DNA of 64,000 nucleotides from NCBI RefSeq assembly GCF_006345805.1, contig NC_042997.1, positions 61,442,001-61,506,000 of the forward strand, written 5' to 3'. Of the stretch, positions 1 through 11,400 are shown in pieces. This DNA comes from Octopus sinensis (taxonomy: Eukaryota). The notes under the pieces were generated by a model. It searched no databases. It saw only the letters and a program-made list of their open reading frames with translations, and was not told the DNA's origin. A program made the translations under genes and the position numbers. Numbering within the stretch: position 1 is the stretch's first letter; the number at the start of each line of letters is the position of its first letter.

Positions 1-85
1 TGTTAATTTATATATATGTGTGTGTATACAAATATATATAATGTGTATACATATATATATGTGTATATATATATATAAATATAAA

Positions 86-742
86 TCATCAATATCTATA
101 AAGCTGAAATGCGAATAAGTTGTTTGATTTCTTGGTTATTTGTCTCATTTTGGGATAGGAATGGTTTAAGGGGCGGTAGATGGGGTCGGATTGGCGCCAA
201 AATTTACACTGGGGGTAAAATGGGGGGAGCAATGGTGTGAGGAGTCTTGCAAGTCACTTGGGGTTACCGTTTGGTTGCCATGGTGAGGAATATGGGAAAA
301 ATCGAGTTTTATGGGATGAACAGGTTGCACTGTTTGAATAATGTTGGCTTTCCATGTTGCTGCAGGGGCTAGAGGCGGTTATCTTTAATTGTGGGTGTAA
401 AAATTTGGGGGATTTGGAAAGGGGAGTAAAATTTTTCCACTTTTAAAAAGAGTACATTTTTGCCCTATTTTTAGATTTTGCATTATTTGGTTGACATGGG
501 TAAAAATAGCATTGTGTTAAAGGCTCAAATTTCACAAAATTTTAAGTAATTTTGAATTATTTTTGTGATTTTACGTGCATACGTAAGAGAAAGCGAGGGA
601 GAGTCTGAGAGAAAGGAAGAGTAAGAGAGTGGGAAAGTGAGAGAGAAAGGAGAGAGATACAAAGAGGAAGAATGTGGCGATAAGAAACAGAAAGTAACAA
701 CCACACCCTCACCCACGCATAGAGCGGGTTACCTTAAGCTAG
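86..742 (+). mobile_element. Possible non-autonomous Helitron-like element
   Basis: Starts near TC...TCTATAAAGCTGAA after an AT run and ends with an imperfect GC hairpin (ACCCACGC ATAG AGCGGGT, 711-729) about 10 nt before CTAG|T (739-742), the usual Helitron 3' signature. No coding remnant. Confidence 0.4.
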
Positions 743-769
743 TATATATCAATATATATTATATATATA

Positions 770-1064
770 TTAACTTACAACCTGTCATTCATATTCATTT
801 TTTAAGCGTTGATTCGTAACCCTAAATCCCGTTTCTCTATTATTTGTTTCGCCATCTTGTATGCATGGCTTCCTGTCTGTCATGCATTTTAAATTCCTCC
901 TTAATTTCAGTGTCATCCCGTTGTTATTCCATCCCCAGAATTCACTACAATATTCTCCCTCTCTCCTATTTATATTATGTTTTAATCGAACCCCGAAGTT
1001 TCTAGATGTTCAGTAATTTCTGTCGCAGAAAATTCCCTACGTATTAACTTAAAACCTGTTGTTC
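770..1064. repeat. 295-bp direct repeat, copy 1 (unique flank plus first part of a satellite unit)
   Basis: TTAACTTACAACCTGTCATTC...CCTGTTGTTC recurs almost identically at 4019-4313. Confidence 0.95.
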
Positions 1065-3829
1065 AAAGATACCCTAAATTCCCTACGAAATATTTCTCTC
1101 TCTCTTATTTATATTACATTCTTCTCGAACCCCGAAGTTTCTAGATGTTCAGTAATTTCTGTCGCAGAAAATTCCCTACGTATTAACTTAAAACCTGTTG
1201 TTCAAAGATACCCTAAATTCCCTACGAAATATTTTCTCTCTCTCTTATTTATATTACATTCTTCTCGAACCCCGAAGTTTCTAGATGTTCAGTAATTTCT
1301 GTCGCAGAAAATTCCCTACGTATTAACTTAAACCTGTTGTTCAAAGATACCCTAAATTCCCTACGAAATATTTTCTCTCTCTCTTATTTATATTACATTC
1401 TTCTCGAACCCCGAAGTTCTAGATGTTCAGTAATTTCTGTCGCAGAAAATTCCACGTATTAACTTAAAACCTGTTGTTCAAAGATACCCTAAATTCCCTA
1501 CGAAATATTTTCTCTCTCTTTTTATATTACGTTCTTCTCGAACCCCGAAGTTTCTAGATGTTCAGTAATTTCTGTCGCAGAAAATTCCCTACGTATTAAC
1601 TTAAAACCTGTTGTTCAAAGATACCCTAAATTCCCTACGAAATATTTTCTCTCTCTCTTATTTATATTACGTTCTCCTCGAACCCCGAAGTTTCTAGATG
1701 TTCAGTAATTTCTGTCGCAGAAAATTCCCTACGTATTAACTTAAAACCTGTTGTTCAAAGATACCCTAAATTCCCTACGAAATATTTTCTCTCTCTCTTA
1801 TTTATTACGTTCTCCTCGAACCCCGAAGTTTCTAGATGTTCAGTAATTCTGTCGCAGAAAATTCCCTACGTATTAACTTAAAACCTGTTGTTCAAAGATA
1901 CCCTAAATTCCCTACGAAATATTTTCTCTCTCTCTTATTTATATTACGTTCTCCTCGAACCCCGAAGTTTCTAGATGTTCAGTAATTTCTGTCGCAGAAA
2001 ATTCCTACGTATTAACTTAAAACCTGTTGTTCAAAGATACCCTAAATTCCCTACGAAATATTTTCTCTCTCTCTTATTTATATTACGTTCTCCTCGAACC
2101 CCGAAGTTTCTAGATGTTCAGTAATTTCTGTCGCAGAAATTCCTTACGTATTAACTTAAAACCTGTTGTTCAAGATACCCTAAATTCCCTACGAATATTT
2201 TCTCTCTCTCTTATTTATATTACATTCTTCTCGAACCCCGAAGTTTCTAGATGTTCAGTAATTTCTGTCGCAGAAAATTCCCTACGTATTAACTTAAAAC
2301 CTGTTGTTCAAAGATACCCTAAATCCCTACAAATATTTTTCTCTCTCTCTTATTTATATTACATTCTTCTCGAACCCCGAAGTTTCTAGATGTTCAGTAA
2401 TTCTGTCGCAGAAAATTCCCTACGTATTAACTTAAAACCTGTTGTTCAAAGATACCCTAAATTCCCTACGAAATTTTTCTCTCTCTCTTATTTATATTAC
2501 ATTCTTCTCGAACCCCGAAGTTTCTAGATGTTCAGTAATTTCTGTCGCAGAAAATTCCCTACGTATTAACTTAAAACCTGTTGTTCAAAGATACCCTAAG
2601 TTCCCTACGAAATATTTTCTCTCTCTTATTTATATTACATTCTTCTCTCGAACCCCGAAGTTTCTAGATGTTCAGTAATTCTGTCGCAGAAAATTCCCTA
2701 CGTATTAACTTAAAACGGTTGTTTTCAAAATACCCTAAATTCCTACATTCCCTACGAAATATTTTCTCTCTCTCTTATTTATATTACATTCTTCTCGAAC
2801 CCCGAAGTTTCTAGATGTTCAGTAATTTCTGTCGCAGAAAATTCCCTACGTATTAACTTAAAACCTGTTGTTCAAAGATCCCTAAATTCCCTACGAATAT
2901 TTTCTCTCTCTCTTATTTATATTACATTCTTCTCGAACCCCGAAGTTTCTAGATGTTCAGTAATTTCTGTCGCAGAAAATTCCCTACGTATTAACTTAAA
3001 ACCTGTTGTTCAAAGATACCCTAAATTCCCTACGAAATATTTTCTCTCTCTCTTATTTATATTACATTCTTCTCGAACCCCGAAGTTTCTAGATGTTCAG
3101 TAATTTCTGTCGCAGAAAATCCCTACGTATTAACTTAAAACCTGTTGTTCAAAGATACCCTAAATTCCCTACGAAATATTTTCTCTCTCTCTTATTTATA
3201 TTACATTCTTCTCGAACCCCGAAGTTTCTAGATGTTCAGTAATTTCTGTCGCAGAAAATTCCCTACGTATTAACTTAAAACCTGTTGTTCAAAGATACCC
3301 TAAATTCCCTACGAAATATTTTCTCTCTCTCTTTTTATATTACGTTCTTCTCGAACCCCGAAGTTTCTAGATGTTCAGTAATTTCTGTCGCAGAAAATTC
3401 CTACGTATTAACTTAAAACCTGTTGTTCAAAGATACCCTAAATTCCCTACGAAATATTTTCTCTCTCTCTTATTTATATTACGTTCTCCTCGAACCCCGA
3501 AGTTTCTAGATGTTCAGTAATTTCTGTCGCAGAAAATCCCTACGTATTAACTTAAAACCTGTTGTTCAAAGATACCCTAAATTCCCTACGAAATATTTTC
3601 TCTCTCTCTTATTTATATTACGTTCTTCTCGAACCCCGAAGTTTCTAGATGTTCAGTAATTTCTGTCGCAGAAAATTCCCTACGTATTAACTTAAACCTG
3701 TTGTTCAAAGATACCCTAAATTCCCTACGAAATATTTTCTCTCTCTCTTATTTATATTACATTCTTCTCGAACCCCGAAGTTTCTAGATGTTCAGTAATT
3801 TCTGTTGCAGAAAATTCCTTACGAATTAA
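987..3829. repeat. Tandem satellite array, ~139-bp unit, ~20.4 copies
   Basis: Unit start CGAACCCCGAAGTTTCTAGATG seen 21 times (987, 1126, 1266, 1405, 1539, 1679, 1817, 1956, 2095, 2232, 2371, 2509, 2649, 2796, 2934, 3074, 3213, 3352, 3491, 3630, 3769). Short ORFs here are repeat artefacts. Confidence 0.98.
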
Positions 3830-4018
3830 ACATGTTGTCCCTTAGCTCTCTCTCTCTCTCTTTCCTTCCCCCTCTCTCTCTTTCCTCATGCTTCCACCTG
3901 ATAATCCCCCCCCAATCCCTAACTCTTTATAAAGCAGCGTTCGATTTATCTCGTCCTCTTCTCGATTCTACATCTTGCTGACAAAACACTGACTCGAAAA
4001 ATGACCAGCTAAGCGAAT

Positions 4019-4313
4019 TTAACTTACAACCTGTCATTCATATTCATTTTTTAAGCGTTGATTCGTAACCCTAAATCCCGTTTCTCTATTATTTGTTTCG
4101 CCATCTTGTATGCATGGCTTCCTGTCTGTCATGCATTTTAAATTCCTCCTTTATTTCAGTGTCATCCCGTTGTTATTCCATCCCCAGAATTCACTACAAT
4201 ATTCTCCCTCTCTCCTATTTATATTATGTTTTAATCGAACCCCGAAGTTTCTAGATGTTCAGTAATTTCTGTCGCAGAAAATTCCCTACGTATTAACTTA
4301 AAACCTGTTGTTC
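4019..4313. repeat. 295-bp direct repeat, copy 2, including a partial satellite unit from 4236
   Basis: Near-identical to 770-1064. Confidence 0.95.
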
Positions 4314-4473
4314 CTTGGAGGTGACCCCCCCCCTCCCACCCCTCCACCAGAACCGGAAGTTTCTGTTTTCTATCTTTCTTGACCCCCCCCCCCGCACCCC
4401 TATGTAGGGTTTATTGTGATCATATAGCGCAAAAACTTTGAAATTTATGCAGGTTGTAGTCTAGAGTCTCAGT

Positions 4474-7400
4474 ATGATATCTGGCAAATGCAAGCTTTCT
4501 TTTCAGGTACAGAACACTGCGGCCCCTCATCCCAGGGTCTCAGAGGCCCACACCTCCCACACCCTCAGGGTAGGCACCCTCAACGTTGGCACATTGAAAG
4601 GTAGGTCTGGCGAGATAGTCGAGATGCTTGAACGGAGACGTGTTGATGTATGTTGTATGCAAGAAATAAGGTGGAGAGGAGGATCTGCTAGGGTCCTCAC
4701 AGGCAAGGGACACAGGTACAAGATTTTCTGGGCAGGGAACACTGACGGGGTTGGTGGCGTGGGTATAATTATCGCTGAGAAATGGATAGATAGAGTAATT
4801 GAGGTAATCAGAGTAAGTGACAGAATACTTAAGATTAGAATAGTGCTTCATAATAGATTAGCAACCATTATATCGGCCTATGCCCCTCAGCCAGGGCTAC
4901 CCGATGGACAGAAAGACAGTTTCTATGACACCCTACTGCAGACCACCTCATCGACGAACGACAGGGACCTTCTCTTTGTGGCTGGTGATTTCAATGGGCA
5001 TGTTGGACGACATGCTGGGGGCTTCCATGGCGTACATGGAGGCTACGGTTATGGTTCCCGCAACGAGGAGGGAACCAGGCTGCTGGAGTTCTGCGATGCG
5101 AATAGTCTTATGGTCTGCAACACTAACTTCAGGAAACCAACAAGCCACCTGGTCACCTACCGATCGGACCGGCATACTAGCCAAATCGACTACATCCTTG
5201 CCAGAAAAAGGGAAAGATGGCTGCTTAAAAATGCCAAAACCTTCCCAGGCGAAGAATGCACCCCACAACATAGACTGGTAGTTAGTGACTTTAGGATCAG
5301 GACTAAGAGGGCGACTAGAAGACGACCAACATGGAGAAGAAGGGTCTGGAAGCTTAAAGCCCCTGCGAATGGACAGAGATTTAGAGATATGTTACTTGAA
5401 GCCTTTGACGAAGTGGAAGGGGGTATAGCTACACATGGGGTAGAAGACAACTGGACGTTTCTGAGGGACAACCTGCTGAAAGCCGCTGACCAGATCTGTG
5501 GCTGGTGCAAAGTCCCCTTAAGACCCAAAATAACGTGGTGGTGGAACAATATTGTTGACAGGGCTATTAGACAAAAGAAACAGGCTTGGAAGGCCTGGAA
5601 GAACGGTGGTAGCAGGAAAGGTATCAGACTGCCAGAAGGGAAGCTAGGAGACAGGTCTATCTAGCCAGAGGGGAAGCAGATAAGAGAAAATTTGCCATGT
5701 CCTGCGCCGTGAGGATGAAAGACTTGAGGTATTTCGTGTTGCAAGACAGTGTGTGAGAGAGAATCGTGATGTGGTAGGAGAGAAATGTGTTCGCATGGAG
5801 GATGGTTCACTTGCGCTAAATGAGGATGCAAAGAGAGAAGCTTGGAGACGCCACTATGAAAGGTTACTGAATGAGGAAAATGAATGGGATAAAGAGAGTC
5901 TGCCGAATGTTGACCCTACAGAGGGACCAGCTATCCGAGTTGATAGTTCCGTGGTAGCTAAGGCAATTAGAAGCATGAAGACAGGGAAAGCCCCAGGCCC
6001 ATCAGGAATTACTGCAGAGATGCTCAAAATATCTGGCAGTGTCGGCTATAACCTAGTCACCCGTATAGTCAACCAGGTGATACACGAAGGAGTCATACCC
6101 AATGACTGGTGCAGCAGCATACTAGTCAACTGCTACAAAGGTAAAGGTGATGCCCTAGATACAAATAATTACAGAGGTATCAAGCTGTTGGATCAAGTAA
6201 TGAAGGTTACGGAGAGGGTCATAGCCCAACTAATTAGAGAGAGAGTTAGTTTAGATGAGATGCAGTTTGGGTTCGTGCCAGGAAAAAGTACCACTGATGC
6301 TATATTCCTGGTAAGGCAGCTGCAGGAGAAATACCTAGCCAAAGATAAGCCCCTGTACCTGGCTTTCGTTGACATGGAGAAAGCTTTTGATAGGGTCCCC
6401 CGATCCCTTATCTGGTGTCAATGAGGAAACTAGGGATAGATGAATGGCTGGTGAGGACTGTGCAAGCCATGTACAGAGATGCCGTAAGTAAGGTTAGGGT
6501 TGGCAACATGTACACAGAAGAATTCAAAGTAGAGGTTGGGGTCCACCAGGGTTCAGTACTCAGCCCCCTCCTATTTATCATAGTACTCCAGGCAATTACG
6601 GAGGAATTCAAGACAGGATGTCCCTGGGAGCTCCTACGCTGACGACCTTGCTCTTATTGCTGAGTCACTATCAGAACTGGAGGAGAAGTTCCAGGTGTGG
6701 AAGGAGGGTTTAGAATCAAGGGGCCTTAGAGTCAACCTAGCTAAAACAAAGTACTAATAAGTAGAAAGGTAGACAATCCACAAATATCTTCAGGAAGATG
6801 GCCCTGCTCGATCTGTAGAAAGGTGTAGGTAGAAACTCTATAAGATGTACCCAGTGTAAGCTATGGACACATAAGAGGTGCAGCAATGTCAAAGGTAGGC
6901 TAACTGGGAAGATAGTTTTTGTATGTGGCAGATGCTCGGGAGCATTAACCTCCGAAAATCTGCAGAAAACAACTTCCGTCACTTTCCAGGGGGAAAAACT
7001 AGAAGTAGTTGATAGCTTCCGTTATCTAGGTGACCAAGTCAGTAGTGGGGGTGGGTGCGCTGAAAGTGTAACTGCTAGAATAAGAATAGCCTGGGCAAAG
7101 TTTAGGGAGCTCTTACCTCTGCTGGTGACTAAAGGCCTCTCGCTCAGAGTAAAAGGCAGACTGTATGATGCGTGTGTACGAACAGCCATGCTACATGGCA
7201 GCGAAACATGGGCTGTGACTGCTGAGGACATGCGTAAGCTCGTGAGGAATGAAGCCAGTATGCTCCGATGGATGTGTAATGTCAGTGTACATACTCGACA
7301 GAGTGTAAGTACCTTGAGAGAAATGTTGTACCTAAGAAGCATCAGTTGTGGTGTGCAAGAGAGACGATTGCGCTGGTATGGTCATGTGGCGAGAATGGAT

Positions 7401-7588
7401 GAAGATAGGTGTATGAGAAAGTGCCAATCCCTAGCAGTTGAGGGAACCCGTGGAAGAGGTAGACCCAGGAAAACCTGGGACGAGGTGGTGAAGCACGACC
7501 TTCGAACTTTAGGCCTCACTGAGGAAATGACCAGAGACCGAGACCTTTGGAATATTCTGTACGTGAGAAGACCAGGCAGGACAAGTGA
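4474..7588 (+). CDS. RTE LINE polyprotein: AP endonuclease + reverse transcriptase + PHD-like zinc finger, broken by several small frameshifts
   Basis: APE motifs TLNVGTL, CMQEIRW, AYAPQ, GDFNGHVG, QIDYIL, PQHRLVV; RT motifs NYRGIKL, QFGF, FVDMEKAFDRV, GVHQGSVLSP, (Y)ADD; C4HC3 at 6805-6935; RTE C-terminus RRLRWYGHV...GRGRPRKTW. Spread over ORFs 4474, 5753, 6415, 7125. Confidence 0.93.
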
Positions 7589-7669
7589 GCCCAGCCCACT
7601 TATGAATGCCTTTCCTCCCTTGGACACAAAGACCGGTTGAGGCAAGCGAAGTCGATATAGAACCTCATC

Positions 7670-8130
7670 CGACGACAGACACCCATCCCAACCCCCCATG
7701 CTTGCGAAGACATGTTGGGGCAAGCGAAATCGAAATCGAAATCGAAACCGAATTGAACCAGCCAGGATCCCTGGCCTGGTGGTACGTAAAAAGCACTATC
7801 CGACTCGGGCCGTGGCACGTAAAATACTCCAATGCGACCGTACGACAGGCACCCATGCCAACCCCCTTTGCTTGTGAAGACATGTTGGGGCAAGCGAAAT
7901 CGAAATCGAAATCGATTGAACCAGCCAGGATCCCTGGTCTGGTGGTACGTAAAAAGCACTATCCGACTCGTGCGCGTGCACGTAAAATACTCCAATGCGA
8001 CCGTACGACAGGCACCCTTGCCAACCCCCTTTGCTTGTGAAGACATGTTGGGGCAAGCGAAATCGTAATCGAATTGAACCAGCCAGGATCCCTGGTCTGG
8101 TGGTACGTAAAAAGCACTATCCGACTCGTG
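7670..8130 (+). repeat. Three ~163-170 bp tandem repeats inside the RTE copy 1 3'UTR
   Basis: GAAGACATGTTGGGGCAAGCGAAATCG starts at 7706, 7876 and 8039. Confidence 0.9.
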
Positions 8131-8499
8131 GCCGATGCCAGCACCGCCTCGACTGGCTTCCGTGCCGATGGCACACATAAAATACACCAATCTGACCGTG
8201 GCCATTGCCAGCCCGCTGGCACCTGTGCAGGTGGCACGTAAAAAGCACCCACTACACTCACGGAGTGGTTGGCGTTAGGAAGGGCATCCAGCTGTAGAAA
8301 CATTGCCAAATTAGACTGGAGCCTGGTGCAGCCTTCTGGCTTCCCAGAACCCCGGTCGAACCGTCCAACCCATGCTAGCATGGAGAACGGACGTTAAACG
8401 ACGATGATGATGATATATCAATATATATTATATATAAAGATATATAATTATAACAAATAATAATATATATTATTATATTATATATATATATATAAAAAT

Positions 8500-11400
8500 A
8501 TATTAGAGACACAAAACCACTATTTGCAAAACAACAAGGAAAGACTTAATCAATACATAAAATTTTAATAAATAGTCAAAAAAAAAACCGCCACTACAAT
8601 TGTTTCTTGTCTTGATCGACAATCTTCAGGTGGACTTCCAATCTAAAATATCAATATTTTAAAATATAAAAATAATAATTTTAAAATAATTAAGTATGAA
8701 TGAAAAAATATAAATATATAATCCATATATAACCTATATATAATCCATATATAATCAATATATAAACAATATATAAACTAAAATAAACCTATCAACAATT
8801 AATATAAAATAAAATATAAAATATAAAATAAAACAAAAAATAATAATATAATATAATAATAAACTATATATACACCCATACACATATACCTAATTATATA
8901 TAACCATATCTAACTACATACACTAAATCACACTCCTATATATATAACCCTATACATACACATAAAAACGTCTAGGCAACTATAAATAAATAAAATAGCT
9001 AAATACTTCAACACAATACTTATTCATACTCCCACACCACACACATACACCCACATTCACGCTCTAGAAAACGGACATCACTTAAAATTATGAACGGAGA
9101 AATGGAATAAATGGAATTAAAAAATATATTCACTTGGTAAAACGAACACTACTTAAAAATTATGAATGAAACAATGCAATAAAACAACAGACATCGCAAA
9201 TAGACACAAATTACTACGAAATCCTCAACAAACCTACCATGATAAAACAAACCTCATAAAAACATATAATGATAAAATCTCCCTTTACTAAACTCTATAA
9301 CATACCTATATAGCAATCCCCCTAACCTAAACATTCACACACACAAATACACACACGTAAACCACACACCCACGACATATACAAATACCCACACCACTTA
9401 CAATACCTATACATACATATAAACCTCAACATATACTCCAAAAACCCACTCAACCCCACACAGACAAATAAACACAAAATTATGAATGGATTCTTTTATA
9501 AAACTACCATGATAAGCTAAAACTCACGAAACATAAATGATAAAACCTCCCTTTACTAAACACTATAACATACTTATATAGCAATCCCTTTAACCTATAC
9601 ATTCACACACAAATACACACACGTAAACCACACACCCATAACAAATACAAACACCCACCCCACTCACACACACACCACAAGTACATATAAGCCTCAACAT
9701 ATACACCAAACAAAATTACTTTACCAGGAACTTAACATATGTATAAAAAGTATAACCGCTCTGGAAACGAACATCTTTTAAAATAATGAATGGAGGAAAT
9801 GGAATAAATGGAATTAAAAATAATATTCACGTGGCAAAACGAACACCACTCAAAAATTATGAATGAAACAATGTAATAAAACAACCAACATCGAAAATAG
9901 ACAAATTACCACGAATTCCCTAAAAAAAAAACCATGATAAACCAAAACTCTTAAAAACATATAACGATAAAATCTCCCTTTTCTAAACTCTATAACAAAC
10001 CTATATAGCAATCCCCCTAACCTAAACATTCACACACAAAAAACACACACGTAAACCACAGACCCACGACTTATACACATACCTATACTAACTTATAAAC
10101 CTCAATATACACCAAAAACCCACTCCCTCTCCACACAGACAAATTAACACATACATCCCAAAACCTAAATAACAAACCCATATACACATTCACACACAAA
10201 CACACACACACGCAAAACACACACACACAACAGATACATATACTCCCTCACATATACGCATATACATACTCACTAAATCGATATATACAACAATATTTAC
10301 ACACCCACACTCATACAGATAAATAAATTATACAACTAAAAACTCACACACAATCTCATATACATAAACTCCAATAAAAAACAACATTAAATACATCGTA
10401 ATTAACCAGAATATCAAAATAACAATTTACTTAAGGAGAAATAAATACATACTTACAAGTCAGTTTCAAATTATGAAGTAAATTAAATTCTTAGCCGTTA
10501 AAAAAACCAAACCAAAATTACGTTACCATAGAAATATAACTTATGTAAAAAAAGAATACGCGCCATGGAAAGTAAATGTCATTTAAAATTATGAATGGAG
10601 AAATAGAATAAATGGAACTAAAAACTATATCCACGTGGCAAACCAAACACTACTTAAAAAAAATTTATTATGAATGGATTCTTAATAAAACTACCATAAT
10701 AAATTATTATATACAATTATGAGCTTTAGCTCATCTTAGCAGCTCTAACAAACAACTTGCAGTAACCCAATCTATTCTCGATGCCTGCCTTACTACTACA
10801 CTATTCCATTCCAATTCCAAGCAACGCTAGCCCACCACCCGGTTACAATTCCCAACTCCACCCATTCATTCACAATTTCAACGACGTTCAACTCCACAGC
10901 GCTACATATAAGCCTCAACATATACACTGGAGATTCGCTTTCAATCCGTGCGGATGGGTGAGAGTATACATTGAGTGTAGTGATGGGGCTCCCATTACTA
11001 TACACATTTGTACCTGTGTGGTAGTCTCCATGTGTATATTCACGCACGGGTATAAATGCAGGGGGTACACGCGCACGGCATGTACGTATACCCCCTCACA
11101 TGTACATATGCATGCTAGTTGGGCTCTATATGTGCAACAATGTAATCGCGCCCGCATACATGCATATGGGCGAGTTGCACAATCAAAATACGCACACGTG
11201 TGTGTGTGCGTTCCCTGGTTGTGCAATTCACCCATCTGGGTGTGAGTGGGTGTAAGCGTATTGCTGTGGATGTCGAGCTTGATACGTATGTATATGAGTG
11301 TGTATTGGGGGGTTGTACGTATTTTTTGTGTGCATGTGCTTCACGCACGTGCGTCCATGTATGGATGAATATATTGGGATTGCTATGTGGTGTAAATTGG

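Larger units (their letters stand above)
4474..8414 (+). mobile_element. Near full-length RTE-clade non-LTR retrotransposon (copy 1) with ~830-bp 3'UTR and (GAT)n tail
   Basis: Single long APE+RT frame followed by a 3'UTR ending ...CCATGCTAGCATGGAGAACGGACGTTAAACGAC(GAT)n, a terminus shared with many copies in the window. Exact 5' boundary uncertain. Confidence 0.95.

Noticed and set aside
1059-2678. Repeated 78-91 aa ORFs (MFKDTLNSLR...)
   Set aside because: Products of the satellite unit with indel-dependent frames; no domain similarity.
987-3829. CRISPR-like regular array
   Set aside because: Units are identical end to end with no unique spacers, and the context is eukaryotic.
4314-4560. 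HDV-like ribozyme at the RTE 5' end, expected for some RTEs
   Set aside because: I could not identify the nested double pseudoknot by eye; needs an RNArobo/Infernal search.
7600-8381. Overlapping 140-201 aa ORFs in the RTE 3'UTR
   Set aside because: Arise from GC-rich tandem repeats, differ between UTR subtypes and lack domain motifs.
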